This document shows positions 40,592 to 50,746 of a stretch of DNA of 64,000 nt, in pieces. Positions within the stretch are counted from its first letter, which is position 1; each line of letters opens with the position of its first letter. The translations under genes were made by a program, and so were the position numbers. Origin of the DNA: Nitrosopumilus sp. (GTDB lineage Archaea; Thermoproteota; Nitrososphaeria; Nitrososphaerales; Nitrosopumilaceae); contig OZ244651.1 in the NCBI GenBank assembly GCA_965218695.1, forward strand, positions 1,632,001-1,696,000, read 5' to 3'. The notes below the pieces were generated by a model. That model was given only the letters and a program-made list of their open reading frames with translations, was not told the DNA's origin and searched no databases.

Positions 40592-42304
40592 CTAGTATCT
40601 TCTCTCCACGGGCTTGTATCTGGTAATGGTGACCGGATACTTTTTCATTATGGGTGCCTCAGGATCATAGTAGGCAAGGGTATGGTGTAAAAAGTTTGCA
40701 TCGTCACGCTGGGTATAGTCGGTCCTTGCGTGCGCCCCGCGGGACTCCTTTCTGTTTATTGCGCCAATCAGCACGATCTCGGCCACCCTGAACATCGAGT
40801 CAAGCTCCATGACGTTTTCAAAGTTGGTGTTGTACTCTTTTGCCTTGTCATCCACGTGTCTCCATGACTGCCTCCTCAGCTGGCGGATCCTTTTGAGTCC
40901 GTCTACAAGATCCCTCTCGTTCCTGTACACGTATGCCTTGTCATTCATGGTATCGGTCAACTGCTGCCTTATCTCATACGGATTGTCATGGCCGCCGCCC
41001 CGGAATATTCCGTCGTAGATGCGCTTCTCCTCTGCTGCCACCAGGTGATGCGGCCACGAGTCGGCGCCGGCCTGTTTCTGTACATACTCTGCTGCCAGCT
41101 CCCCGGTAATCTTCCCCCACACTATACACTCGGATGTGGAGTTTGCCCCAAGCCGGTTTGAGCCGTGGACGCTGTTGCATGCAGCCTCGCCGGCAGCCCA
41201 CACGCCCTGGATCTCCGTTGCCCCCTCGATGTCGGTGTGAATGCCGCCCATCATGTAATGGCAGACCGGCCGTATGTCAAGCAGACCCTGCGCCGGATCG
41301 ATTCCGGAGAACTTGATGGAGATCTCCCGGATGCCGCCAAGCTTGTCCTTTATCTTCTCGTCCCCGATGTGCCTAAGATCAAGCTTCATGCAGTCAACGC
41401 CGGACTCGTGCCTGAACCCGCGACCCTCCTGAATCTCAGTTATGATCGCACGGGAGACGATGTCCCGCGGTGCCAGTTCCATCTTTTCTGCAGCGTACTT
41501 TTTCATGAACCGCTCGCCGCTGGAGTTGAGCAGGTATCCGCCCTCCCCCCTTGCGCCCTCGGTAATCAGTATCCCCGAGGGCAGTATCCCGGTGGGGTGA
41601 AACTGCACAAACTCCATGTCCTTGAGGGCCATTCCCGAGCGCAGTCCCATGTCCAGGCCGTCAGGCGTGGAGGAGAGGGCATAGGTTGAAAAGCTGTACA
41701 GCCTTCCGGCGCCGCCGGTTGCAATTATCATGGCCTTGGCCCGGATGGTATAGAATGTGCCAGACGAGAGCTCTATTGCAGTAATCCCCATGAACTTCCG
41801 CCCGTCGTGTATTATGGAGGTTGCAAACCATTCGTTAAGGTACTCTATATTGTCAAACCTCTGGCACGTGTCATACAGCGTCTGCATCGCAAAGAAGCCC
41901 ACCTTGTCTGAGGCATAGGTGGCCCTCGGGAAGCTGTACCCGCCAAAGTTTCTCTGGTCTATCCTGCCGTCGTCCCTTCTGGACCACGGCATCCCCCAGT
42001 GATCCATCTGGTATATCTCCTCTGAGATCTCGGTGCAGAGCTTTTCTGCAACGTCTTGGTCTGCAAGAAAGTCGCTCCCCTTGACAGTGTCATATATGTG
42101 GGACTCGACGGTGTCCCCCTCGTCACCAAACAGGACGGCTGCGGTGCCTCCCTCTGCAGAGACGGAGTGTGATCGCATAACCTGCAGCTTTGAGACTATC
42201 CCAATCCTGAGGTTTGGGGCCTTTTGAGCAGCTGCGATTGCTGCGCGCAGGCCGGCAAGCCCGGAACCGCACACCAACAGATCAAAATCTATTGAATCCA
42301 CCAT
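40592..42304 (-). CDS. sdhA: Succinate dehydrogenase flavoprotein
   Basis: [31 protein letters not shown]. Confidence 0.97.
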   Translation of the reverse strand: MVDSIDFDLLVCGSGLAGLRAAIAAAQKAPNLRIGIVSKLQVMRSHSVSAEGGTAAVLFGDEGDTVESHIYDTVKGSDFLADQDVAEKLCTEISEEIYQMDHWGMPWSRRDDGRIDQRNFGGYSFPRATYASDKVGFFAMQTLYDTCQRFDNIEYLNEWFATSIIHDGRKFMGITAIELSSGTFYTIRAKAMIIATGGAGRLYSFSTYALSSTPDGLDMGLRSGMALKDMEFVQFHPTGILPSGILITEGARGEGGYLLNSSGERFMKKYAAEKMELAPRDIVSRAIITEIQEGRGFRHESGVDCMKLDLRHIGDEKIKDKLGGIREISIKFSGIDPAQGLLDIRPVCHYMMGGIHTDIEGATEIQGVWAAGEAACNSVHGSNRLGANSTSECIVWGKITGELAAEYVQKQAGADSWPHHLVAAEEKRIYDGIFRGGGHDNPYEIRQQLTDTMNDKAYVYRNERDLVDGLKRIRQLRRQSWRHVDDKAKEYNTNFENVMELDSMFRVAEIVLIGAINRKESRGAHARTDYTQRDDANFLHHTLAYYDPEAPIMKKYPVTITRYKPVERRY

Positions 42305-42391
42305 TTTCTAAGACAGGCTTGTTTTGTACAGGATAAATATGTAATAATCTCCAGACAGGAAGACTAAAATATATCGCTACTGATATCACTA

Positions 42392-42892
42392 GTGATGATT
42401 TCCGACTGGTTCCAGAGGGTGGGAAGTTCCGTTCCCAGGGGATTCTCACGATACTATGTCTTGGAACTGCTCAAGACAAAACCGCACACCGGAAAGGAGA
42501 TAATCGACCACGCAGCAGAGCAGAGCAGCGGGATGTGGAAGCCCTCGCCGGGACTTGTCTATCCGCTGCTAGGCAGGCTGCTTGAGGAGGGACTGATAGA
42601 GGAGACGCCTGACGGAAGATACCAGATTACGGCAAGGGGCACGGAGACTGCAGGAGACATAGACAAGATAAACGATACTGTCAGGAGGCAGCTTGACGTG
42701 CTGCTGAGGCTGGGAAACGTTGGAAGGTTTGTGGCAATGGATCTTCTTGAGAGGATATCAATGATGGGAACGGTTCTAAGCGCCAACATGGAAAGCATTA
42801 CTGACGAGGAGAAGGAGAGGTACAGGGAATTCCTCAGGGACGAGCTTGACAAGATTGACGGCAAGGATGCAAAGGAGATCAAGGTAGAGTAG
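42392..42892 (+). CDS. PadR-family transcriptional regulator
   Basis: WKPSPGLVYPLLGRL...YQITARG. Confidence 0.9.
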   Translation: MMISDWFQRVGSSVPRGFSRYYVLELLKTKPHTGKEIIDHAAEQSSGMWKPSPGLVYPLLGRLLEEGLIEETPDGRYQITARGTETAGDIDKINDTVRRQLDVLLRLGNVGRFVAMDLLERISMMGTVLSANMESITDEEKERYREFLRDELDKIDGKDAKEIKVE

Positions 42893-42946
42893 ACGGTCCA
42901 TTTTTCGACGGGCGCTGTCTTCATACTGCGCCGTTCACCAGTTCTT

Positions 42947-43102
42947 GTGGATAGAAAGATCCTGGTGGCCGTAACAATTGCAATTCTTGCAGTATTGGTG
43001 ATAGATGTGATGACCTCGATGCTTCGGTCTGAAGAGGCAGGCATGCCGGCAGAAACCGGCATGGAGGAGGGAATGCCGGAGACATCCTTGCCGCAGCCGT
43101 AA
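42947..43102 (+). CDS. Small single-pass membrane protein (51 aa), absent from the ORF track
   Basis: GTG start; MDRKILVAVTIAILAVLVIDVMTSMLRSEEAGMPAETGMEEGMPETSLPQP; fills the gap between two + strand genes. Confidence 0.55.
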   Translation: MDRKILVAVTIAILAVLVIDVMTSMLRSEEAGMPAETGMEEGMPETSLPQP

Positions 43103-43174
43103 GCCTCTGCCTGGAAACCATGCAGCCAAGATATGCCCTTAAAGTCATAAATAACTCCATGGCAAACCCAATCT

Positions 43175-44035
43175 GTGAAAACCCTGCGCAGGATGCTCAA
43201 AGGTGACGGGCCGCTGGTCATTCCGGGCGTATATGATGCAATGGGTGCAAAGATTGCAGAGAAGGTCGGATTTGAGGCGATGTTCCAGACCGGGTACGGC
43301 ACGTCTGCAACCCTGTTTGGAATGCCAGACTACGGGTTCATCGGGGCAGCAGAGACTGCAGACAATGCCAGGAGGATATGCAACGCAGTCTCGGTTCCGG
43401 TAATCGTGGATTCGGATACCGGCTACGGGAATGCGCTGAGCGTGTGGAAGCTTGTAAGGGAACTAGAGTCGGCCGGGGCGTCGGGGATTTTTTTGGAGGA
43501 TCAGAGATGGCCCAAGAGATGCGGGCACATGCAGGGAAAGGAGGTCATATCGCAAGAGGAGTACACAGAGAAGCTTGGGGCTGCAATCGATGCAAGGCAG
43601 AGCAGGGACTTTGTCATAGTGGCAAGGACGGATGCAAGGGCGACTGACGGGCTTGATGCTGCAATCCAGCGCGGCCTGGAAAACAAAAAGACAGGCGCCG
43701 ATGCCATCTTCATAGAGGCGCCAAGGTCATACGAGGAGATGCAGAGGATAGGGAGGGAGATCAAGGCGCCGCTTGTCGCAAACATGATTGAGGGAGGGGC
43801 GACGCCGCTGCGGCCGGCCCAGGAACTCTCCGATATCGGATTCAAGATAATACTGTACCCGCTGTCCGTGCTGTTTGCAAGCACGTTTGCTGCCATGGGC
43901 GTCCTAAAGGAGCTCATGGAGACGGGGACCACCGGAAGGTTCAGGAGAAGAATGGTAGGCTTTGACCAGTTCAACGACATGGTGGATCTTTCAAAGTTCA
44001 AGGACATGGAGCAGAGATACGGATTTAAAGAATAA
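43175..44035 (+). CDS. Isocitrate lyase/PEP mutase family enzyme (2-methylisocitrate lyase-like)
   Basis: DSDTGYG, EDQRWPKRCGH, ARTDA, NMIEGG. Confidence 0.9.
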   Translation: MKTLRRMLKGDGPLVIPGVYDAMGAKIAEKVGFEAMFQTGYGTSATLFGMPDYGFIGAAETADNARRICNAVSVPVIVDSDTGYGNALSVWKLVRELESAGASGIFLEDQRWPKRCGHMQGKEVISQEEYTEKLGAAIDARQSRDFVIVARTDARATDGLDAAIQRGLENKKTGADAIFIEAPRSYEEMQRIGREIKAPLVANMIEGGATPLRPAQELSDIGFKIILYPLSVLFASTFAAMGVLKELMETGTTGRFRRRMVGFDQFNDMVDLSKFKDMEQRYGFKE

Positions 44036-44057
44036 AAGAAAAAGTTTCAAGAAACGC

Positions 44058-44348
44058 TTATGCTGTTGTGTTTCTCTTCACTTCGATCTCGATTGTTGAA
44101 ACATTTCTGTTTTTGCCGTCTTGTGACTCGAGGGACTCTGAGCCGATCTTGATATCACCGATGGTGTATCCTGCGTTCTCTGTCTTTCTTGCAATGATTT
44201 GGGCTACATCTACAGCTCTACCAATGCTGAGTCCCCTAGCCTTGATGTTCACGGCAGGTAAGCTTGCCAGTTGGATCAACGTGGATGTCACGTATGCCAT
44301 CAACGGTTTCTTACCAATGAATATGGTGTCTCTTGCTTCGGTTGACAT
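44058..44348 (-). CDS. albA: DNA/RNA-binding protein Alba
   Basis: IFIGKKPLMAYV, KARGLSIGRAVDVA, VSTIEIEV. Confidence 0.95.
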   Translation of the reverse strand: MSTEARDTIFIGKKPLMAYVTSTLIQLASLPAVNIKARGLSIGRAVDVAQIIARKTENAGYTIGDIKIGSESLESQDGKNRNVSTIEIEVKRNTTA

Positions 44349-44458
44349 GCAAAATTTGATATTAAACGATAATTTAAAGCTAGAAGCATTGCCACAGATT
44401 AACGGACGCGTACAGGATAGGATATGTACCCCCCAGGGTCAGACAGCCCTGAGAAGAG

Positions 44459-45007
44459 GTGTCTGGTGAGGGTTTGAGCGTCTCAAAAATTCTCAGGTCA
44501 GGCAGGAGCGCAGAGAAGATCAGGATCCTGCAGACAATCAGTTCAATCTGCGACATGGAGGTTCTAGAGGAGATAGTCTCGAGGCTTGACGACGAGGACA
44601 TTCAGGTAAGGGGCGAGGCCTTTGGCCTTCTGGTGCTCAACGACGGGGACATTACAGACCTTCTGGCAAGGAGCATGGGATCGCCGAGCAGAAACATCAG
44701 GGGGTTTGTGGCACTCGTGCTGGCAAACAGGAATGAGCAGTCTGCAATACCAGAGATAGCCAGGCTGGCCGACGACGAGTCGTCCATGGTAAGATCCTGC
44801 GCAATCGGAGCCCTGGGTCACCTGAAGGCCAGAGATGCAGCAGATGTCTTTGTCAGGGCACTTGAAGATGCCAGCCAAGAGGTAAGGAAGAGCGCGCTGT
44901 TTGCGGTGATTGGCATGAACATCCCAGTATCCGAAGAGAGGATGCAGGCTGTTCTCAGGGACGGCGATATGGAGACTACCAAGATGCTCTCTCGCTTGAA
45001 GATATAG
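44459..45007 (+). CDS. HEAT-repeat protein
   Basis: Repeated L.D....VR..A..AL units. Confidence 0.85.
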   Translation: MSGEGLSVSKILRSGRSAEKIRILQTISSICDMEVLEEIVSRLDDEDIQVRGEAFGLLVLNDGDITDLLARSMGSPSRNIRGFVALVLANRNEQSAIPEIARLADDESSMVRSCAIGALGHLKARDAADVFVRALEDASQEVRKSALFAVIGMNIPVSEERMQAVLRDGDMETTKMLSRLKI

Positions 45008-45081
45008 TGGACCGGAAGGGATTTGAACCCTTGATCCGATGCATGCCATGCACCTATCCTACCAGACTAGACGACCGGCCC
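45008..45081 (-). tRNA. tRNA-Ala (GGC)
   Basis: GGGCCGG acceptor, anticodon arm GGTGC-ATGGCAT-GCATC, T-loop TTCAAAT. Confidence 0.93.
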
Positions 45082-45271
45082 AAGAATCAGAATTCTGACT
45101 TGGTAATGGTCTCAGTGTTGGGTATTAACGTTTAGCGGTTGGTTGGCAACATCTGCACATGCAGGCCAGACCTGTAAGAGCAGACCATGCAGGGGGCGTG
45201 CATGCGTGACTGGAATACACAATTCTAGTCCGACATAATATATTTAACCATGAGAAGAAGACTGATCAGTT

Positions 45272-46117
45272 GTGGTTGTAGATAATAAAGGAACTGTTAC
45301 GTACGTTCATTTGTTGAAGGAGGATCTTGTAATTATCAGGATGGTGCCAGACGACGGTCCGGTGCCAAACTACAAGCCGGGCCAGTTCATCACGCTGGGA
45401 CTACCAAACCCCGTGGAAGGCGGAAAGATTGTCAGGCGGGCATACTCCATTGCATCGCATCCGGAGAACAGGGACTACATCGAACTTGTAATCAGGTGGG
45501 TAAGAAAACCTCTCCCCGGAAGGCTAACCACCCAGTTATTCAACATAAAGGAGGGCGACGAGATCCTCTGGCTCAAGCCCACCGGCAGGGCGCTGCTGAT
45601 CAACGACGAGCTTCCAAACGGAGAAAAGGACAACAGAAGGATAATATGCATTGGGGGAGGCACCGGGCTTGCACCGTTTGTCAGTTTTGCACAACACCTT
45701 CACCATGCCCAGGACAAGAGGGAGATCATAGTTCTTCACGGCGCAAGCTATCTTGACGAGCTGGCCTACAAGGACGTCCTGACGCGTCTTGAATACGACA
45801 GCATCAAAAGGGGCAAGGACGAGTGGAACTTTAGGTACAGGGCCTCAGTCAGCAGGCCGCAGGAGTGGTTCAACAGATCATGGACAGGCCAGATAGGCAG
45901 GGTCGAGACGTTTTTGAGGCCCAAGGAGGGCGGAATGTCCCCGCTTGAGGAGATGCTCGGCGAGAAGGTAACGAGGGAGAATACCATATTTTACGTCTGC
46001 GGCTGGCAGGGAACCATCGACGGGGTGATGGACTTTCTAAAGCCGATGGGCTTTGTAACAGAGCATAACAAGCGCGAGGACAAAAGCTTTGAAGTCAAGT
46101 ACGAGTCGTATGGGTAG
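45272..46117 (+). CDS. Ferredoxin--NADP+ reductase-like flavoprotein
   Basis: RAYSIAS, GGGTGLAPF, YVCG, C-terminal ESYG. Confidence 0.92.
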   Translation: MVVDNKGTVTYVHLLKEDLVIIRMVPDDGPVPNYKPGQFITLGLPNPVEGGKIVRRAYSIASHPENRDYIELVIRWVRKPLPGRLTTQLFNIKEGDEILWLKPTGRALLINDELPNGEKDNRRIICIGGGTGLAPFVSFAQHLHHAQDKREIIVLHGASYLDELAYKDVLTRLEYDSIKRGKDEWNFRYRASVSRPQEWFNRSWTGQIGRVETFLRPKEGGMSPLEEMLGEKVTRENTIFYVCGWQGTIDGVMDFLKPMGFVTEHNKREDKSFEVKYESYG

Positions 46118-46206
46118 TAGTAGTAGTAATAATAATAACAGTCGTATTGGTGGTAACAGTCCCATGGACAGATACCAACACTCCACAGTACCCGTTTAGC
46201 CGGTGC

Positions 46207-46812
46207 ATGTTGACTACCGCGCTATACCTTGCACACCTGAATCCGGTAACCAACGCCCATGTCAGGATAATCTCGGAACTGCAGGCAGACGCAGGCACGG
46301 TCAAGGTCATGCCGGTGGTGTTCAGGGATGGGGACAGGGAGATCAACACCAGGAGCTTTCCGTTCAGCTTTGAGACAAGAAGCAGGATGCTGCAGTCCGT
46401 CTTTGGGAATTCCATAGAGATCACCGACGACTATGCCTTCCACGCACCGTTCAAAAGATACATGCCGCCGCTGTTCTCCCCGAGATCGTGGCAGCTGAGA
46501 AGGCAGATTCTCAGCGGGGTCAGCGGGGATTTCTTTTCATACACGGGAGACAAGGCCGAGGGGTACATGCTCAAAATGTACAGGCTGAGGCCCAAGACCG
46601 GCCAGAGAAAGCCGCTCTCTGCAACGTCAGTCAAGGAGGGACTGTACGAGGCGGCCCTTGGAGGGGATTCCGGGTGGAAGGGTGACGTCCCGGAGAGCAT
46701 CACAAAGATAATCGAGGATGACTGGGAGACTGTGAAGATGTTTGCAGGCATGCCTGATGCCACCACCAGGGTTGCGGGAATGAAGTTCCCCAAGGACGGA
46801 TGGTCAAGATAA
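46207..46812 (+). CDS. Cytidylyltransferase-like nucleotidyltransferase
   Basis: HLNPVTNAH (HxGH-like), PFSFETR, LSATSVK. Confidence 0.75.
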   Translation: MLTTALYLAHLNPVTNAHVRIISELQADAGTVKVMPVVFRDGDREINTRSFPFSFETRSRMLQSVFGNSIEITDDYAFHAPFKRYMPPLFSPRSWQLRRQILSGVSGDFFSYTGDKAEGYMLKMYRLRPKTGQRKPLSATSVKEGLYEAALGGDSGWKGDVPESITKIIEDDWETVKMFAGMPDATTRVAGMKFPKDGWSR

Positions 46813-46922
46813 GCGCATGTCAGTCCCACCTGACGGCAGCGGATCCGGTCAGGCATGGCCGCCGCTACAGGGAATCCGCAAAATGACTAGAAGTTAATAT
46901 ACGGATCTGGTGCAATTGCCCC

Positions 46923-47840
46923 ATGACAGTGTCGTTTTCAAGGTATGCATGGCTGGACCAGAGATACGTCCTGACAAAGGATGCCGGCATTCCCATAACC
47001 ACGCACGCCATCCACTACGGAACCTCCGTCTTTGAGGGAATAAGGGCGTACTGGAACGATGCAAGCCTCAACGTGTTCAGGCTTGATGCCCACATAGCCA
47101 GGTTCAGGAGATCCGGTCAATTCTACGGCATGCCCCTGAGGTTTTCGGATGCAGAGGTTGCAGGAGCCATCACCGAGACCTGCAAAAAGAACAGGATCAG
47201 GGAGTCGTGCTACATCAAGCCGTTTTACTTTGTGGGGGAGTACGGAATCAACCTTCACATTACCGACAGGACCCCCACAAGCATGGGAATAATCACATTT
47301 CCGTTCGGGGAGATATTTGACGGGAACGGGATCTCGGCTGCGGTGGTCTCGTGGAGAAAGTTCTCAGGCATGTCAACGCCTGCACAGTCAAAGATCAGCG
47401 GAAACTATCTCAACTCAGTCATTGCAACCAACGAGGCAAGGGAACGCGGGGCAGACGAGGCGATCCTGCTTGACCACCACGGAAACGTAAGCGAGGCTGC
47501 AGGGGAGAACGTCTTCATTGTAAGTGACGGCCAGCTCGTCACGCCGTCGCAGGCATCAGGCCCGCTCGAGGGGATCACTATGGATACCGTAATCAGAATC
47601 GCAGGGGACATGGGCGTCGATGTCATCCAGAGGAGGATTACGCGGGACGAGCTGTCAATGGCAGAGGAGATCTTCCTTACCGGAACCGCAGCAGAGATAA
47701 CCCCGGTCACGTCAGTCGACTCCGTGACGATAGGACGAGGCACGCCGGGAGACATGACATGCAAGATCAAGGGCATGTACGCAGACATTGTAATGGGCAG
47801 GAATCCGGACTACTCCCACTGGCTGACCGGGGTATACTAG
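46923..47840 (+). CDS. ilvE: Branched-chain amino acid aminotransferase
   Basis: HYGTSVFEGIRAY, KISGNY, EAAGENVF, LEGIT, GTAAEITP. Confidence 0.95.
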   Translation: MTVSFSRYAWLDQRYVLTKDAGIPITTHAIHYGTSVFEGIRAYWNDASLNVFRLDAHIARFRRSGQFYGMPLRFSDAEVAGAITETCKKNRIRESCYIKPFYFVGEYGINLHITDRTPTSMGIITFPFGEIFDGNGISAAVVSWRKFSGMSTPAQSKISGNYLNSVIATNEARERGADEAILLDHHGNVSEAAGENVFIVSDGQLVTPSQASGPLEGITMDTVIRIAGDMGVDVIQRRITRDELSMAEEIFLTGTAAEITPVTSVDSVTIGRGTPGDMTCKIKGMYADIVMGRNPDYSHWLTGVY

Positions 47841-48782
47841 ATGATGAGGGTAGTACAGATAGGGGTCGGCGGATGGGGCAGGAACCACTCCAGGATTCTC
47901 TCACAGCTAGGCGTGCTTGGCGCAGTGTGCGATGCTGACCCTGCACGCAGCAAAGAGTACGGAGAGAGATACTCTGTAAACCACTACCGGTCAGTCGATG
48001 AGATGCTGGCAGCAGAAGAGGAGTTTGACGGGGCCTTTGTAGTCACGCCCACCAGAACGCACGCAGACATTACGCAGAGGCTGCTGGAGGCAAAAAAACA
48101 CGTCTTTGTGGAAAAGCCCCTCACGCATACAGCAGAGGACGGGGAGAGGCTTGCATTGCTTGCAGAGAGAAACAGGGTAGTCCTGACATGCGGCTACATC
48201 GAGAGGTTCAACCCCGCAGTGCGCAGGGTAAAGGAGATTGTAACGGACAGGACATACGGGGATCTCATCATGCTGGAGTTTCACCGCGGGAACAGGATTC
48301 CCCTCCACATCAAGGACGTGGGCATCATCCACGACACTGCCACGCATGACATCGATACTGCAAACTGGCTGTTTGGCCGGATGCCGCACGTGGTCTTTGC
48401 AAGGGCAGGCAGCATAAGGCACGAGCACGAGGACTTTTCAAGCATAATGCTTGGGTACGAAGACCAAAAGATTGCCATGATATCGTCAAACTGGATCACC
48501 CCAAAGAAGATCAGAAAGTTTGACGCAGTGTGTACCGACGCGGTGATATCCTCTGACTTTATAACGCAAAAGATAACAGTGGAGGAGCAGGACAGCACCG
48601 TCACGATAGACAACGTAAAGCAGGAGCCGCTCCTGCTAGAGATTCAGAGCTTTCTTGGCGCAATGGAGGGCAGGAACAGGCATCCCGTAATGGCCTCAGA
48701 GGCAGTCAACATCACAAGGATTGCCGAAGCGGCACTTTTATCTAGCCAGAAGGGGATCCCAATCTATCTGGATTTGAGATGA
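47841..48782 (+). CDS. Gfo/Idh/MocA-family oxidoreductase
   Basis: GVGGWG, EKP, ERFNP, D...HDID. Confidence 0.92.
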   Translation: MMRVVQIGVGGWGRNHSRILSQLGVLGAVCDADPARSKEYGERYSVNHYRSVDEMLAAEEEFDGAFVVTPTRTHADITQRLLEAKKHVFVEKPLTHTAEDGERLALLAERNRVVLTCGYIERFNPAVRRVKEIVTDRTYGDLIMLEFHRGNRIPLHIKDVGIIHDTATHDIDTANWLFGRMPHVVFARAGSIRHEHEDFSSIMLGYEDQKIAMISSNWITPKKIRKFDAVCTDAVISSDFITQKITVEEQDSTVTIDNVKQEPLLLEIQSFLGAMEGRNRHPVMASEAVNITRIAEAALLSSQKGIPIYLDLR

Positions 48783-49057
48783 ACAGGACAATGATGGACA
48801 TTCTGGCGTGCCCAAACGACAAGAGCTACCCGCTGGAACTGTTCGTGATTAAGGAGGGGAAGGGGGAGGACGGCAGGGTCTCGGAGGGGGCCCTGTACTG
48901 TCAGGAGTGCTCCAGGTTCTACCCCATAATAGATGAGATTCCCATCATGCTCCCAGACGAACTGAGAGACAGGGAGCAGGAGGTGGGCTTCCTGCAGGAG
49001 CACAAGGACAACCTGCCTGAAAAGATTATTAGATCGGCAGGCCCATGGCACCTTTAG
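48779..49057 (+). CDS. Trm112-family protein
   Basis: DILACP...LYCQECSRFYPIIDEIPIML. Confidence 0.9.
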   Translation: MNRTMMDILACPNDKSYPLELFVIKEGKGEDGRVSEGALYCQECSRFYPIIDEIPIMLPDELRDREQEVGFLQEHKDNLPEKIIRSAGPWHL

Positions 49058-49058
49058 G

Positions 49059-49541
49059 TTGGTTGTTGTTAACTTTGTATCCGAGTCGGCAAAGATCGGC
49101 AAAAATGTCAAGATATGGCACTTTGCATACGTTGGCGATGACGTGGAGATTGGCGACAACGTCAAGATAGGATCGCTTGTCCACCTAGACTATGGCGCAA
49201 AGGTCGGGGAGGGCACAAAGATAGAGGGAAACGCGCACATCTCGTACCTCTCCAGAATAGGAAAGAACGTCTTCATAGGGCCCTCTGTCACCACCACCAA
49301 CGATCCCTACCCGATGTCTGACAGGCTTGCAGGAATCACAATAAAGGACAACGCCGTGATTGGCGCAAATGCAACCCTCATGGCAGGGATAACCATAGGC
49401 CGGGACAGCGTGGTCGCGATGGGATCGGTGGTGACAAGGAGCGTCCCGGACGGCGTGGTCGTCATGGGGGTGCCTGCAACCATAAGGTACACCAGGGCAG
49501 AGTACGAAAAGAAGAGAAAGGCGTGGATGGAGGGCAGCTAG
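49059..49541 (+). CDS. Hexapeptide-repeat acyltransferase
   Basis: IG.N hexapeptide repeats, TNDPYP, GVPA. Confidence 0.9.
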   Translation: MVVVNFVSESAKIGKNVKIWHFAYVGDDVEIGDNVKIGSLVHLDYGAKVGEGTKIEGNAHISYLSRIGKNVFIGPSVTTTNDPYPMSDRLAGITIKDNAVIGANATLMAGITIGRDSVVAMGSVVTRSVPDGVVVMGVPATIRYTRAEYEKKRKAWMEGS

Positions 49542-49756
49542 TACCGTATCCGCCTCCCAAGCACCCAGTTCTTCATGCGCGACAGCACCAGCACCCACAC
49601 CACCACCATGCCTATTGCCACTGCGCCCTTTAGGGCAGACGTGAACAGCGGGTCGACGCCCTCAAGGTGCAGCGGTCCCAGCACAAGCACCGCGATTCCC
49701 CCTCCCCCGAGGATCAGCAGCCACATTACTACCAGCATGACGTATATGGACTTCAC
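49538..49756 (-). CDS. Small two-TM membrane protein
   Basis: GTG start overlaps the upstream stop (GTGA); two hydrophobic helices. Confidence 0.7.
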   Translation of the reverse strand: MKSIYVMLVVMWLLILGGGGIAVLVLGPLHLEGVDPLFTSALKGAVAIGMVVVWVLVLSRMKNWVLGRRIRY

Positions 49757-50742
49757 TGGAACACACCTGCCAGAACAGCTGTGGCCACTGCAAGGCCCCC
49801 CGAGAAGGCGGCAAGCCTGAAGATCGCCATGGCCGCCTGCCGTTCTGACAGCGGCCCCCATGTCAGGATCAGTCTCGTCAGGCTCTTCGGGGCGGTCTTG
49901 TCGCCCGTGTCCCGGAGCAGCAGGTCGTCGGTCACCTCCACCGGATTTCCCGGGACCTTCCGGTACTCGACTATCCGCCTTGTGCTGGACAGGAAGAGAA
50001 AGGAGTTGAATATGGCAGGGAGCAGCGCGACTGCGGCTATGACCTCGACTCCCCCGACTATCGCGATTGCGCCGTACATGGCACCGAACGCCAGCGCTCC
50101 CGAATCCCCGGGGAATATGCTGCTTGGGATCTTGTGGTACCTGTAGAATGCCAGCGCCACAAATCCCAGCGGCAGGCTGACCAGCGCCATCTCAAAGTTC
50201 TGCAGTATGAAGAGGCAGAGCGAGAGCGAAAATCCCGCAATAACCATGAACCCGCTTGCGGCGCCGTTCATGACATCGATGGAGTTTATCGTGTTGCCGG
50301 TTACTGCGATCATGATGGGTATTATCCCCAGGTACAGTATTGGAATCCTCACCTCCCCGAACAGCGGAAACGCAAGGTTCGTATCATACGTGCCGAGCAG
50401 GATTATCGGCGCTGCAGAGACCGCAAGCAGTATCGGCTTGAACCACCCGCCCATCGTCCTCCGGTCATCTACATACCCGACGGCAAACGCGGCCCCCGTG
50501 GTGGCCATCACCGCAAGGATCGCGTCAAGCTGCAAAAACGCATACAATACTGCCTCAGAGGCGATCATTCCGGCGACGATCGAGATGCCTCCGGGGCGCG
50601 CGACCATCGCGTCCTTCTTGATGACGTCCCGGACCACCATGCCCTTTTTCTCCAGGTACCGGGTCAGCGGGGGAGTCATGGCATACACTATAACGAATGC
50701 TACGATGCATGATGCCAGCGCCGGAATTACTAGATCTGCCAA
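49753..50742 (-). CDS. MraY/GPT-family UDP-GlcNAc-1-phosphate transferase (AglH-like)
   Basis: GYVDD, NTINSIDVMNG, IFPGDSG; multi-TM. Confidence 0.9.
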   Translation of the reverse strand: MADLVIPALASCIVAFVIVYAMTPPLTRYLEKKGMVVRDVIKKDAMVARPGGISIVAGMIASEAVLYAFLQLDAILAVMATTGAAFAVGYVDDRRTMGGWFKPILLAVSAAPIILLGTYDTNLAFPLFGEVRIPILYLGIIPIMIAVTGNTINSIDVMNGAASGFMVIAGFSLSLCLFILQNFEMALVSLPLGFVALAFYRYHKIPSSIFPGDSGALAFGAMYGAIAIVGGVEVIAAVALLPAIFNSFLFLSSTRRIVEYRKVPGNPVEVTDDLLLRDTGDKTAPKSLTRLILTWGPLSERQAAMAIFRLAAFSGGLAVATAVLAGVFQ

Positions 50743-50746
50743 CTAC

